Shown in pieces: positions 39,810-54,141 of a stretch of 64,000 bases of DNA; the first letter of the stretch is position 1; every line of letters starts with the position of its first letter. Below the pieces are notes generated by a model. The model was not told where the DNA came from. It made no database searches and saw only the letters and a list, made by a program, of their open reading frames with translations. A program made the translations under genes and the position numbers. This DNA comes from Octopus vulgaris (taxonomy: Eukaryota): contig OX597830.1 of NCBI GenBank assembly GCA_951406725.2, positions 61,566,001 through 61,630,000 of the forward strand. Direction: 5' to 3'.

Positions 39810-42800
39810 TAAGGATTATAACATATATCCCAGGCCAGAGATTTCTGGTAATTATCCAGAGGTACTGGCCCGAAAGTTCTCTGAAACAAGCCAGCAAGCT
39901 GACGTTCGTTGAAGTCCAGTGTCCTCCCCAGGTCGTCGCACTCACTCTCTATTAACCCTCTATAGAAGGACGAGGTGGAACCCCCGCCGCCGACATTGCT
40001 CCTGTAGGAGAGGAATCAGAAAGCCTGACGGTACTCTACATGCCATTCATCCAGCCTGGGTCTCCATTTGAACTACGGTTTCAGTTCACTGAAAGATGTG
40101 AACTGTGGAGGAATGAACTTCACAAACGGAGACCATACCCGCTCACCATCTAGGTAGAGCCAGAGTATAAGCAACTCGTAGGGTAGACCATCTCTTCCCG
40201 GCGACTTTGGCTTTCTACAGTCGACCAAGACGTCCTCCACCTCCGTGGTTGTGATTGGCCCTTCACAACGCTCTGCTTCCCTCCCCGAAAATCACAGTAC
40301 ACCGTTGAGGTGGGGGTCCGCAAGGTCTCTCCTACGATCCTGTGCGCCGCTACCCCCAAAGTGCTGGGTGAAGTGCTGCTGAAGAACCTCACACATTTCA
40401 TCGGATTCGTCCATCAACCGCTCGTGTTGATCCGTCAAAGACCCAATTGTGGAATCGTTTCCACACTGAGCCTCTACCCACGAACCCGTCCGGCGACGTT
40501 GATTCCTTCTCGTCCCATTGCACGAAGTTTACCTTTGACTATGCACCCTTGGTGTTTGGCACTGAGACGTTGGTCTAACGCCAATCTCGCCGCCAAAACA
40601 CTAGATGCTCAGCTTTCCCTCAATGCTTCATCTAGCACCTTAACTAGATCCTCTTCTATTCTAGCCCTTCTAGCCGCTAGTTCCTTGCTAAATCTAATTG
40701 ACTTAATTTTAATGGCTCTTTTGAGTGCTGACCACCATTTGTACCAACTAGTGCCGTCATAACAAGTTCCTTAATCGGGATCCTTTACTCCTCACAAGCT
40801 AGTAACGTCTTGTTGAGTTTCCAGTAACCGGGTCCCTGACTAATCATCTTATCTAAGTCTATCCTGCTGACCAGCAATTTGTGGTCAGAGAAGTGGACTA
40901 TATGAAACTGTGGACAACTAACGCTATACTTATCAATGATCCCGACAAATAACCTGTCTAGATAAGATCTGGACGACCCATCGCTATTCAGCCACGTCCA
41001 CTGTGGAGCATCCGGGTAGTCCAGTCTGAAACGGTCTGCTAGCTGAAACTTACTAAGCAGATCTCTGAGGCGAGGGTTCCCTACTCTGTTGGGGTTCGAG
41101 CGAACACAGTCCATGCGTGCATCGAGGATTGTGTTAAAGTCACCTGACATCACTGGAGTGCGTGACGTCCCGGGAAAGGCATCCAGGCGTCTAAAGGAGT
41201 TCGACTGCCCTGCATTACATGGTGCATAGACAGCCACCAGCCTGAAGGCCTGTCCACTGCTACATGTCAAGTCCAGAACGATCAGTCTACCATCCGGATC
41301 TGCAAAGATAGACTCTATAATAAGCCCCAGACCCCCCTGAAAAGAACTGCCACTCCCCCACACCCTCCAGACTGGCATGACGAAATAAATTTCTTATAGC
41401 CATTGAAGAAAGGTAAGAAAGCCTGTAGACTGCTCATTCTGGTCTCTGCGGTGACAAAAACATCCAAATTACGCGACTGGAGTTCGCCCAGGAGGCGGCT
41501 TTGCTTCCAGATCGAACTCAGACTATGCACATTCAAACAACTAACTTTCAAGGAAGTCATAAGGGTACTAACAATTTAATTAATGTTTCTTCGTGAGGGA
41601 ACTACCTGTTCCCTTCCCCTCCTTCCTCTTCTTTTGTGGAGTGTGGTGAGATTTCAACCAATTTTGAAAACTGTCGGGCCGGAACTTGCTCCACGGCCCG
41701 ACCCAATTTGGGTAACGTTCTTCTAACGTTATGTGCCATGTTCGTTGCACTTTGTAAAAGTGATAGTTCACTGGCGTATTTATTTTGTGTCTATCTCTTT
41801 CAGTTTCATCTCTTTGAGTGTTTTTCTGAAGGAGGCATTTTCAGTGTAAAACACTGAGATGTCTTCATCAAATAGATCCGCGCAAGGCGGGCAAGTTTTT
41901 GTTGGTGAGTGTTGGGGCGTAGACTGGGGCATTGAGCGCGAGGTGGATGATGTGGACTGCGTTGAAGGGCCAGGGTTTTTTCCAGCGAGGCGTCGGGCGT
42001 GGCACGGGGAGTTTTGAGGGGAGGGACAATGGATGAACGATGGAGGGGCCTGTGGTGTCTGGGTAGGGTGGTTTTGGCCGGAGTACACTTGGGTAAATCT
42101 GTGGAACTTCTCTTTTTCCTTTTTTTTTTTTAGAAGAGATTTCTTTCCACTGCATTCATTCTGGAGCGTCAGTAGTTCCTTCAGTTGCTGCTGTTCCTGC
42201 TACTGCCGCTGCTGCTGCTGTTGGTGGTTTGCTCACTGCTACTGACTGCTTAGTTACTGCCGCCGCTGCCACTGCAGGCTTGGTCGCTGCTACCACCTCT
42301 ACCACTGCTGCTGAAGTCTTGGCTACTGCTGACTGCTTGCTAGATGCTACTACTACTGCTGATGTTTTGGTGACGGCTACTGCTGACTACTTGCTAGCTG
42401 CAGTAAAATATATTACAGCAGTACTTATATTCAGCTGAATACACATCATTGATTGGTTGAAATTACCGTAATATGACAACTTTAAAACGAAATAACTTCG
42501 TAAATATAAACTTTTCTCAAAAACGCCAAGAGTTAAAGATATTTTATGACACATTCTACCAGTAAACGAAGTTTTAAAGTGTTTAGTTACAAAAATTATT
42601 TTCTAAATCTGCCGGTCAAAAGGTAAAGATCCCACTTTCGATGTCCGTTTTCCCTGATAAGTGGTGAGGAGACAAATTTCAGATGACTTTAACGGCTCCG
42701 TTGAGTGCTTTCTAGCAACTTCCTCGCTTGGAAACTGTACCTCCACGGTAGCATACCTTTTGCCTTTACTGACCTATGATGTTTCTCTCCATTTCGCTGT

Positions 42801-43730
42801 AAACATTTCTCCACTTGCACGCTAGGTGCCGACATAATTCTTTTTTCCTTTACGTTAAAAATTTTATAAATAATGATTCTATGCCTAGCTGTGTGTAAAA
42901 CATCAATAGGTAGAGTTAGAACTACATTATTCCCGCCCTTCTTGCAAAGGCCTCGATACTTTACTAATCTAGAAATATCTACTTCAAGGCGGCGAGCTGG
43001 CAGAAACGTTAGCACGCCGGGCGAAATGCGTTGCCGTATTTCGTCTGCCGTTACGTTCTGAGTTCAAATTCCACCGAGGTCGACTTTACCTTTCATCCTT
43101 TTGGGGTCGATAAATTAAGTACCAGTGACGCACTGGGGTCGATATAATCGACTTAATGCGTTTGTCTGTCCATGTTTGTCCTTTCTGTGTTTAGCCCCTT
43201 CTGCGTAGTAAAGAAATAGGTATTTCGTCTGTCGCTACGTTCTGAGTTCAAATTCCGCCGAGATCGACTTTGCCTTTCATCCTTTCGGGGTCGATAAATT
43301 AAGTACCAGTGACCATATGATCGACTTAATCCGTTTGTCTGTCCTTGTTTGTCCCTTCTATGTTAGCCCCTTGTAGGCAATAAAGAAATAAGAAATATCT
43401 ACATTAGCTGCCTTGGAACTGGCAGCTGTAACTTGGGCGAAATTAATAGGTTTTTCCTTTGCTTTCACATTTCTTGAATTACCAGACAGCGCTGGGAACT
43501 CTTCACTTGATAATTCAGAATCGTTCGACGATTCTGACCCGTCTGTCATTATATCAAACAATATTTGTTCCATAATAAATCCTTTTTTAAATAATCAGTA
43601 TTTTAAAACTAATTATTTTTGCACATTAAAAGGGAAAAAACACACTTATTCACCCTCAATAGGGGAATATAACAGCAAAAGTTCAACAAGTTCAACAATA
43701 ATAATTCCAACGGCAAAATAAACTGACGCC
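39810..43730 (-). mobile_element. Tx1/L1-clade LINE: 5' end, ORF1 and APE present, RT core deleted
   Basis: ORF1 starts at 43573 (..SSEEFPALS..). APE motifs CLNVHSL..AETR, VAVYAP, GDFN, YLDRLFV, SDH, GPGYWKLN (41560-40785). An SPG.DGLPYE-like motif near 40190 is fused directly to C-terminal FQRTFGPVPLDNYQKSLAW. TCAGTT Inr-like start near 43726. Confidence 0.85.
42983..43390 (+). mobile_element. Dimeric SINE family B inserted in LINE ORF1, 12-bp TSD
   Basis: TSD AGAAATATCTAC at 42971-42982 and 43391-43402 (peptide VDIS appears on both sides); full monomer to about 43218, then a headless second monomer. Confidence 0.92.
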
Positions 43731-43858
43731 AAAAAAGTGAATGTTTATGTGTTGAAAAAATTTATGAATTAATTTGGTACCGAATGTATGGAGAAATTTA
43801 ATTTAGGGGATTAAAAAAATTTTGAGTCGTCTCGGGCAACGTCAGATACTCTCTCCCT

Positions 43859-43919
<61 letters not shown>

Positions 43920-43976
43920 GTTATGAGAGATAATGGTGTCAAGAAGACCCAAAGGTGTCAGGTAATGCTGAGTAAG

Positions 43977-44026
43977 GGTGTGAAAGATTTCAGAACATTT
44001 ATAAATGTTCTGAAATCTTTCACACC
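43977..44026. repeat. Perfect 50-bp palindrome in a TA-flanked island
   Basis: GGTGTGAAAGATTTCAGAACATTTA|TAAATGTTCTGAAATCTTTCACACC, no spacer. Confidence 0.95.
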
Positions 44027-44047
44027 TTTGGTTTTTATTTCCTTCTG

Positions 44048-44082
<35 letters not shown>

Positions 44083-44093
<11 letters not shown>

Positions 44094-44272
44094 ATATATA
44101 AGGGGTGGCCATAATAGGACATCCGACTCACTAGAAGGAGCAGTTAAACTCCCAACCACTAATAGTTGTAATTCTGAAATGGAAGAGTTTACCCTCTCCT
44201 ATCTGAACTATGCTCCTTCTAGTGAGTCGGATGTCCTATTATGGTCATCCCTTATATGTTTGAATGTATATT
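44083..44272. repeat. Inverted repeat with about 58-bp arms in a TA-flanked island
   Basis: ..CCATAATAGGACATCCGACTCACTAGAAGGAGCA pairs with TGCTCCTTCTAGTGAGTCGGATGTCCTATTATGG..; spacer about 70 nt. Confidence 0.9.
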
Positions 44273-44362
44273 ATATAGTCTATTGACTATTATTTCTTTC
44301 TCACTTGACCGCTGGTAGCGGAAAATTTTTTCTAGAATCTTTTGCTACCCTAAGATTTATTA

Positions 44363-44421
<59 letters not shown>

Positions 44422-44513
44422 ATCCAAACATGGTGGAAACACAAAGAGAAAACACAATAACGCGGCGACGTGGAACAAGTATAGTATTATTGGACGCTCA
44501 GGAAAGAAGGAGG

Positions 44514-44548
44514 GTTTAACGTTTCGAGCGGAGCTCTTCGTCAGAAAC
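44514..44548 (-). ncRNA. Minimal type I hammerhead ribozyme in a TA-flanked cassette (44418-44628)
   Basis: Minus strand GTTT CTGACGA A GAGC TCC GCTC GAAAC GTT AAAC; intact core, stem I GTTT/AAAC, palindromic AACGTT stem III region, one extra A before stem II. Confidence 0.75.
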
Positions 44549-44627
44549 ATAGGAAAAGGAAAGATCCAAAGAAGGGAAGACGGAGGAAAAAAATCGCCAA
44601 CGGTGCACACGCGGTCACATTTTGAAT

Positions 44628-44732
<105 letters not shown>

Positions 44733-44759
44733 CTATATACTGTCTGTGGTATGACCACC

Positions 44760-45090
44760 CTCTGAGGGTACACCATCACATGTAGGGTACTCGTTCACAT
44801 CATGGCGGTTCTTTGCATCAAAATAAATGTCTTTATTTCCTTTCGCCAACCACAGTTTTCTTTTTGTTTCATTAATAAATTTGTCATTTCTCGCATTTCT
44901 TTTTAATTTGTTCCAAGATTACTGGTAGTTCACGCACTATGTTCCACACCACTTTTTTTTGTTTCAATTCATCGACCCCCTTCGATCATTTACGCAATTG
45001 CCCAAAGCGCTTATGGGTGAATCCGCTAAATTAAATTTCTCCAAATTAATTCATAAATTTTTTCAACACATAAACATTCACTTTTTTGGC
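44760..45090 (-). mobile_element. Gypsy internal fragment of the same deleted family as 30100-30400
   Basis: Reverse complement aligns with 30100-30400, including the protease-to-linker deletion junction. Confidence 0.8.
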
Positions 45091-45689
45091 GTCAGTTTAT
45101 TTTGCCGTTGGAATTATTATTGTTGAACTTGTTGAACTTTTGCTGTTATATTCCCCTATTGAGGGTGAATAAGTGTGTTTTTTCCCTTTTAATGTGCAAA
45201 AATAATTAGTTTTAAAATATTGATTGTTTAAAAATATATTTATTAAATACTGAATACATGTATTATTTGGGCAAGAATTTTATTTTCGGTCGTTTGTTTT
45301 TCCATTTTGAACATTGATGTAACGGCTGCTGTTTTGAAAAGCAGTATGTGAATGTGAAGACACATTTATCGGCTTCCACGAATAGTAAATAAGATGCTTG
45401 CAGAGACTTCATATTTAACACTTCCGGTATGGCCATCTATATATTTGCCTCACCTTCTCCAGCTCGCTTTCTCCAACAATGTTGAAAAACGTGGCTTCAG
45501 ATAAAAGCTGGCAAAATAAACTTAACGAACGAAAAAGAAACGGTTGAGTAAAGGTTGAATAAATAAAAATTGTATCTTACGAAGTAAATTTCAGCTTCAA
45601 ATTTCAAGTTTCAGTATCGTTTGTCTCCTTTCCGGGTGGTCACTTAGATACTGAGTAGCGGGGTTTTGTTAATTAATTAGAAATCCAAA

Positions 45690-46200
45690 TATATATTAGA
45701 TACCATCATTGCAGCCAAATGTCTCCTTAACTGAAACTGTGATGCTTCATCCTTTGGGCTCTGTTCTTGAAGAGCATATACAGCAGCGACCTTGTTGGCA
45801 TACTTTCACATAATTGTAATTGTCTCGTTGGTAAATTTCAAAATTCTTACTGCCTCACATTTTTATTTTAGATACAAATCCTCCATCTTCAAAATTTCTC
45901 CAGTATAATTGATAGACACCTTCACCACACATATATATGTTTCCTGAGATACATTTTGACGCATTTATTATTTTCCATGCAAGGAATAACTGTTCTTTGG
46001 GGCTCCTATAGTCTATAAAAAGTCGATTTTTTGATAACATCAAAATGGGTCGGTCAGTTATAGGGCCTGGAAGCTGTGCTGATGTAATTGATTGAAGTAA
46101 ATTTTGCATTTACTGTAACTAGATGCATGGGGAAAGGCTTCTTTTACGGCAATCTCTTGTGTGCATATTGAATGTTGTAGACTCAAGGATGTCATGATTT
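45690..46200 (-). mobile_element. Degenerate Helitron Rep (HUH) domain remnant
   Basis: Minus strand with frameshifts: KRSL-PHA (cf. QKRGLPHAH), ITSAQLPGP, PCMENNKC, YQLYWRNFEDGGF, KYANK.AAVYAL..DEASQFQLRRH (cf. KYVNKG.D.A...DEITQYQMGRY). Confidence 0.7.
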
Positions 46201-47454
46201 GTTATGAGTTGCATCGTTTTCATGCCCCTATGTCAAAAGCCACTGGCAAACAAATTCCGTCGATCGACAGAATTGTAGGTGAAGGTGTTCAAATGATTTA
46301 GTCTTCCATTAATTCTGATAGACGTCATAGCATTTGGTAAATCTCTAGAGCTATTTACTTCCATCCCGCTATCTTTACCATCTGCTATCCTGCCATCCTC
46401 CTGGATGCAAATGACAGTAGCATGACCCGTGCTTTCTCAGTATTGTTTCATGAAACGACAGAAACATTAGTTTTTCATTATATGATCAATGATTATATAA
46501 CTATGTGAGCTTAATATTCATGATGAATTCTCCATGTGAAGAAGTGGAGCACTCAAATAGTACAACATGTTCAAAACAATATATGTGAGTGTGCGCACAT
46601 GTTTTATATACTCAAATCAAACGCAGAAGCCAAACTCGAACCAAATCATCTTGCAACCTAAAATGAACCCCAAATTCCAATAGCTAAAATAATCTTCAAA
46701 AGATGGAGAAGGAATGTTATTAAGTCAACTAAACACGTTGCCCAGCCTAAGGACCAGCTGGAGCTGTCCTGCACGTTGTTTCAATATTGTTTTACTTCCA
46801 TATTTAACATTTTGTCGCTTGTCAGTTTCTGTGATCTTTTTCACACCTACTTTCTGTCAACCAAGCTCCCACTCTACTAACAGAATGAAAAAACATCGGC
46901 AGTAAAGACATCCACACTGAAAAAAATCGGATTTCAGTTTATTTCATACATTCCTGGAAGAAGTGCCATTCTAAGCAGCATAGTATTTGATGTGTTAAGA
47001 GTTATAATCAGACAGTTACAAAAATGCATTCCTGTAACTTCTATTTCCTTTGAAATAATCTCCAGGTGATATAAACAAATAAGCATAAAGCCTGGAAGTA
47101 AATAAATGCCCGTGACTCTTTAGACATCATAATATTCCATATATGTTCACACATTCACAAATATACATGCATACATGCAAGTTAAAACAAAGAAGTGTAT
47201 ACAAAGAGTGTATATAGCCGTCAATAGAGCAGATATTTTATAAGTAACTCCATACAGAATATTTTTAAATGTCGGTGCTTCAGTTAATTCTAAGACACAC
47301 GAAACAGCTAATCATAAAAAAAATACAACTGTCTGAGGTGTTGGTGCTAAGAACTTATGAATCTTAAGAATCGAAAAATTCTATCTTTAGATTCCGTGAT
47401 TTAAAGAAATCTGTTTCAACACATCAAGAGAATCTCCAATGTACTCATACGAGT

Positions 47455-47910
47455 ATATTGTATGTATGTATGTATGTATGTATGCGTATGCATACATACA
47501 TACACATACTCAGCCCCCATGTATATATGTATATACACAGACAAACACTCAGATCGAGAGGGAGAGAGAAAGAGATAAATACGTGTGTATATTTATGTAT
47601 GTATGTATGTATGTATGTATGTATGTATGTATGTATGTATGTATTATGTATTTATGTATGTATGTATGTATGTATGTATGTATGTATGTATGTATGTATG
47701 TATGTATTATGTATTTATGTATGTATGTATTATGTATGTATGTATGTATGTATGTATTATGTATTTATGTATGTATGTATTATGTATTATGTATTTATGT
47801 ATGTATGTATGTATGTATGTATGTATGTATGTATGTATGTATGTATGTATGTATGTATGTATGTATGTATGTATTATGTATTTATGTATGCATGTATGTA
47901 TGTATGTACT
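47455..47910. repeat. (ATGT)n array with recurring ATTATGTATTT interruptions
   Basis: Seen directly. Confidence 0.95.
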
Positions 47911-48118
47911 ACTTGTTTTATTTGTTTGTTTTTTGAGACTCATTAAGGATTTTCCATCGCAGAATTCAAGACTGTCACTAATGAGATGACAAATCACGTT
48001 TGTTTGAGTTACAATACATTCTGGAATTCTGGAATGAGTTAGTGTGTGCAGGCACAATCGCGAATGTGGGGATAAGCTTACACTCGAGTAATGAATGTTT
48101 CTTTTAGTACTTCAGAGA

Positions 48119-48188
<70 letters not shown>

Positions 48189-48892
48189 CATTACTGTTAC
48201 TGTGTATATGTGTGTATGCCATTTGCACATGCGTGTGTATGTATATATGTTCATACTAGGTAACTTGTACTGAGAATCCCTGAACTATTTTACAAATCTT
48301 AGCTGCTGTTCCTTTAATCGAATGAGTTTAGTGGAACTTAGTTTTGTTCTTTCTTAAAGAAATTCAACATTTTCTAGGTTTTAATGCAAATCTGTTTTTA
48401 CATAGCCCGGTGAAGATGTTATAATACGTACAAATGAAAATTTATAGCATGGATTTATAAATGAGTTTCTCATTAGGTTACCATGTTTGTTCTCTTTTCA
48501 CCTTCTCAATTTTAGCTGAAATATTCACATCTACTGTCCAGTTGACCACTACAACAGTGCTTTTATATTTGCTGGATCTACCATAAAACAATATTAAACT
48601 TCATTGTACTCGTACTGAGAAGAGACTTTCTTGTTTATTTCATAGTTTTAAGTGGATAGTTACACTCTGATTCAGTTGTGATTTTGGTATGAACATGGTG
48701 ACAACCTTTCCTGCGTATAATATTGTTGGTGGTTCTTGAAAGGATTTAAAGGATTGATGTTACTCCTCCTTCAATCCTTGAAATATTACCAAAATGAAGT
48801 AGATTGAGAAGTTTATTTTCAACTTGTGGAAGACACACGAGATGTCGAAATATTGTTCATTCGATAACAGTCGCACTCTTCTTATTGTTTCT

Positions 48893-48893
<1 letters not shown>

Positions 48894-48938
<45 letters not shown>

Positions 48939-48973
48939 TAATAATAACGATAATAATAACGATAATAATAACG

Positions 48974-49041
<68 letters not shown>

Positions 49042-49090
49042 GATAATAATAATAATAACGATAATAATAATAATAATAATAATAATAACG

Positions 49091-49140
<50 letters not shown>

Positions 49141-49141
49141 G

Positions 49142-49185
<44 letters not shown>

Positions 49186-49186
49186 G

Positions 49187-49243
<57 letters not shown>

Positions 49244-49332
49244 TTAACGATAATAATAACAATAATAATAATAATGATAATAATAATAATAATAATAACA
49301 GAAACAACAACAACAACAATAATAATAATAAT
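48894..49332. repeat. About 440-bp (AAT)n array with recurring AACGAT interruptions
   Basis: Seen directly. Confidence 0.95.
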
Positions 49333-49367
49333 TTAATATAATAATGAGCCTAGTGTTTTTACATATT

Positions 49368-49408
<41 letters not shown>

Positions 49409-50299
49409 CCAAAATCACGCAGTAGGACGGAGTAGGGGAAAGAATAGTATAGGTGAAGAGTGGGGAGAGAAAATAGTAATTCAGTGAAGGAGAGAAGTAG
49501 TGAGAGTAATAGCCGTGACTGAAAGAGAGTGAGAGAAAGTAACAGCAACAAGAGAGAGGAAGTGGCAAAGAGAGCGTCCTGTATCTTCTACTATAATAAT
49601 ATTCTTGAGTTTTTCTTCGTCACAACATATGAATGAGAAAGGAAGGTGTGATAAGGAAGGGGTGAAAAAGTCAAACAGCGCTTCAACTCTGTGTGACTAT
49701 ATGTGTGTGTGTGTGTAAGAGGGAGATATGTGAATGTTTGTGCGTGTGTGTATGCGTGCGTGTATGCAATGGAAGTGGGATGATGAACATTCAACCCTGA
49801 AAAGAAAAATCAAGTAGCGTTTCAACTTTGTGTGAGTATATGTGTGTATGTGTGTGCGTGTAGAAGGGAAGTATGTAGGTGTATGTTTAAACAAGCATTC
49901 TTTCAGTAACAAGTGATGATGGATGTCACATCTCAAGACAACCACTAGGTAACATTGACAAATGTATTCATTTAATTAACCATCCATATTCTATCTGTGT
50001 TGTTAAAATTTATTACACAAACATATACATATACAAACTCATTAGAGAAAATAATTATTACCGGAGTTTATCAAGAATATAAAACGACTGCAACTGAAAA
50101 GTATATTATAAATACATATTTAACAGTTCATACATGTGCCTAATTTATTTACATTAAGAAATTTATGTAATTTGGAGCAGGCAATTTTTACAACATCAAC
50201 TATAAGTCACGGACTGTTTTAAGTCGTATGAGTTTAGGTTAGTTTCAGTAATGGAGAGCGCAATTGAAAGGACGCGTTGCTTCGAAAAAATTGGTATTT

Positions 50300-50784
50300 A
50301 TTTGCCAGCTTCTGTGTTGGTATAAATGATGGGCTGCAAATATTCTGCTCAATGCCAGATTTGCTTGTCAGTTGTTTGACCTTAAACAGCTGAATATGTC
50401 CCTTAGTGGCTGACGATATGTGCACCTCTGATCACGAGCAAAAGTAGTGGGGGAACAAAATATAGCCATGTCTTGAGACGAACTCTTTAGGGTTTGGATA
50501 ATTCACCTTTGTAAACATGGGTGTTTCGTTCAACAGCCTTAAACAACCATTATTCAGGGACATTTTGAGCGGGTGGGCTACTCAACCTGAAAAAAATTCT
50601 AACTGGGTCCCACCTACAAGCTCATGCACTGTTTATCTTGATATGAGATCACTATGTCGCGCACACATGGTTGTGATGCATGTGCCTGGTGTACCCTTAT
50701 CAGAGGGGTAGTCATGATGGGTATACTGGGCTTCGTGTATTTTACCCCAATGTCATGTTGATGGCATGCACTGCTCTCTCACTC

Positions 50785-50835
<51 letters not shown>
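50300..50835 (+). mobile_element. Probable retroelement 3' UTR ending in (AAT)n
   Basis: GC-richer non-coding block ending sharply in CTCTCTCACTC-(AAT)n; family not identified. Confidence 0.4.
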
Positions 50836-51767
50836 CAGTAAATTAATAAATGAATAAATAACATCTATAACAACAAGGCAGAGAATGGGATAGATAATAA
50901 ATGAGTTGCGCTGATGAAAGTTTATAGAATTGATATGGCTACAGCCCGAACAACCGATGGAGTAGACGAAGCAGACAGTCAAGCCAAGCGGATCTACCAA
51001 AATATCCGGACCATTTAACCAAATTTATCGCCAGACATCGTTAGAATATGAAAGTTAAAAGGTGGAAATATGAAAGGTAATCATTGGGAAGAATTCAATT
51101 TGCGAAAATTATTGCAAGTTCGTAAACGCATGTACTATTTTCTGCTTCAGTGCTTTCCTCATTGATTTCTTTATTAATTGATTGGATCGATTTTTTTTCC
51201 CCATATAATCAGACAACGCGGATGTAACCGTTCATGAAGTAGTTCATTAAACAACTACAATACTTCGAATTTATGTTATATGAAATTGGTTTGTTTTGTT
51301 ATAGATCCTATTTATTTATTATCCCTCACTTTAATGCAGCAGATCATAACAATGTGACGACACTTTCAATTCGTGTGAACTGCTCATCCGTAAAGCAGCA
51401 TCTGGTGGGAAACAGTTCGGCATTAGAGTGGAACTGAGTAGGAAAAGGTTGGGTCTGAAACTGCCATTTTTATCTATCCTGCTTCAAACACATTTAGATG
51501 CGGCTTACTATATGGGAGTAGGAATTAAGCCACTACAAGGCTGAAGCTAAAAAGTACACACGTATCAACACAAACACACATGTACATCCATGTGCGATAA
51601 AAAATTGAAAATGCACTTAAGCGATGTCACTGAAATACACTTACGAATGTACAAGGATACTGCAATTCGTATAGCCTACATCTATACGCGTTTTCACAGC
51701 TATACATCACATAAACAAATATATATATATATATATAATATATATATATATATATGCACATAAACAA

Positions 51768-51817
<50 letters not shown>

Positions 51818-51886
51818 GAATATATATATATATGAATATATATGTATATATATATTCATATTCATCTATCTATTTCCGTTTAACTT

Positions 51887-51951
<65 letters not shown>

Positions 51952-51964
51952 TCTTTTATTATTT

Positions 51965-52352
51965 TATTCTTTCACTTGTTTCAGTCATGTGACTGCGGCC
52001 ATGCTGGAGCACTGCCTTTAGTCGAACAAATCGACCCCAGTACTTATTCTATCGGTCTCTTTTGCCGAACCACTAAGTTACGGGGACGTAAGCACACCAA
52101 CATCAGTTGTCAGGCGATGGTAGGAGGACAAACACAGACACACAAACACGTATATACATACTTGCATATATATATATATATATATATACGACAGGTTTCT
52201 TTCAGTTTTTGTCTACCAAATCCACTCAGAAGGCTTTGTTCGGCCCGAAGCTATAGGAGAAGACACTTGCCCAAGGTGCAACGCAGTGGGAGTGACCCAG
52301 GAACCATGTGGTTGGGAAGCAAGTGTCTTGCCACACACCCACGTCTGCACCT
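51965..52352 (-). mobile_element. SINE family A
   Basis: Homologous to 1910-2302. Confidence 0.88.
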
Positions 52353-52377
52353 AAATATGTACATATATATATATATG

Positions 52378-53700
52378 TTGGGGGCAGCAAACTCGCAAAT
52401 GAGTAGTTTCTCCAAAAACGAAACAATGCGACCTTTTGCCCTCAGTCATTACGTGTATCACGTCCCGTTCTGAAGACGGGTGTGGTGCGAGATTTTTTGT
52501 TTCCGGGCTTGATCTGGAGACGTATCTCCAGGTCAACCCCAGATTCCCTGGCAATTCTTGTCACCTCTATCGGGACGATATCCACCCCCTCCACAATTAC
52601 GCATCCCAGAAGTCACCACATATCAAGTCCTGGTGGGATCCTAGGAATGTGGATATATGCTGTACGTTTCCTCGTGTGGGAGGGGTACATAATGACTTTA
52701 CTGGTTTTACAAGGGTCATTGAATGTTTCATAATGAGGGATTTTGACTTGAAAAGCACCGAAATTGTGCCGTATTGTTTTCCCCTCGATATATATTCGGT
52801 GCCATCTCTGATACACCTCAGCGCTGCTTCAATATCTACTTGGGCTATTAAAGCCGCTCTTTTCGTCTCTGTTGAGTTGCATCAGGAAAGTACCGTTCTT
52901 TTCTCCACTACTTCAATTCCTCTAACGGAATAGTTAGGTTAGCCCAGGTTTCTTCTTGTTTAATCGGGGTCCATGCCTGGGTCAATATTCTATCTCTATT
53001 TGTGAGGTCCACGGTGAATCGTTGCTTCTCTTTCGCTGCTGCTGCCGCGAACGTGTTTTTTTTTGTTGGTAATGGTCTCCTTGTTGTTATTTTTGTTGCT
53101 GTTGTTGCTGTTGCTGCTGTTGTTGTTGTCATTGTTCTTGATTATGTTGTTGGTGTTGGTTTTGTTGTTGTTATTACTTTTGCTATTGTTATTGCTGTTG
53201 TTGCCATCGCTGCTGCCGCTCCTGTTGCTATCTCTTTCGTTGTTATTGTTGCTACAACTACTACTACCGCAGCTGCCGCTGTCATTGGTACAACTACTAT
53301 CACTGTTACTACAAGGTGGACTTTGTACAGTTCCAGTCTCGTTTTTCTTTTCCTCTTCTCCTGTGTGTTGTCAGTAACGGAGGAAAGAGGAGGGAAATCT
53401 TCAGCGGTCATCAGAATCGTGGGAGGGGCAGTTTTCTTTTTTTCTCAACACTTTCAAGCCGCGCTCCGCCATCTTGTTGTGTATTATTAAATGAAATTAA
53501 ACACCCACCGAACTTATTTGGTGGGCCGAATATAGTCCCTCGATGGGCTAAACAACCATAGAGAACCAGTAACAGGTTCCTGGTGTTTCTATTGACAACT
53601 TGGAATAAAATGAATAATGCAAAAAACGCATCAAACCGATATAAATAAATGTTTTAAGCTGCACCAAACTGGAGCGTTTGAAAACACATCCTAGGTATTC
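52378..53700 (-). mobile_element. Tx1/L1-like LINE 5' part (ORF1 with decayed zinc knuckle)
   Basis: MTAEDFPPLS (cf. SEEFPALS of the 43573 ORF1), a T/A-rich low-complexity stretch, RTAYIHIPRIPP, and a terminal EGKRSHCFVFGETTHLRVCCP (decayed CCHC). Confidence 0.75.
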
Positions 53701-53705
53701 TGCAG

Positions 53706-53758
<53 letters not shown>

Positions 53759-53796
53759 TATCATTATTATTATTATTATTATTAATATTATTATTA

Positions 53797-54073
53797 CTTT
53801 TTTTTCTTCTTTCAAATTTGCTTCTATTTCTTGCCGAGTGTCTTCCCGACTCCTAGGGCAAAGAAACTCATAGTATACATTGGTAGGCCATTAAACCAAA
53901 CTCAATAGTTCGTTCATTTAAAAAAAATTTTTTTTATTTTTTTAAAGTTAAATTAAAATACATGAGCAGCAACAGTTCTCACATCGACAATGCTCTTCTC
54001 AATACGTGTGATGTACCAGTTAAGACAATCTTTTGCACTTCTTGCAGGAATGGTAAGCCAGGGATCATTCTCA

Positions 54074-54074
<1 letters not shown>
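53797..54074 (-). mobile_element. Dong-like LINE, short 5'-truncated 3' end
   Basis: Near-identical reverse complement of about 56257-56533; flanked on both sides by (TTA)n. Confidence 0.92.
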
Positions 54075-54122
<48 letters not shown>

Positions 54123-54141
54123 ACAATAATAATAATAATAA

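Noticed and set aside
48824-49336. Poly-Ile/poly-Leu ORFs that look like membrane proteins
   Set aside because: Pure (AAT)n microsatellite; the same applies to the poly-Ile N-terminus of ORF 54334-55326.
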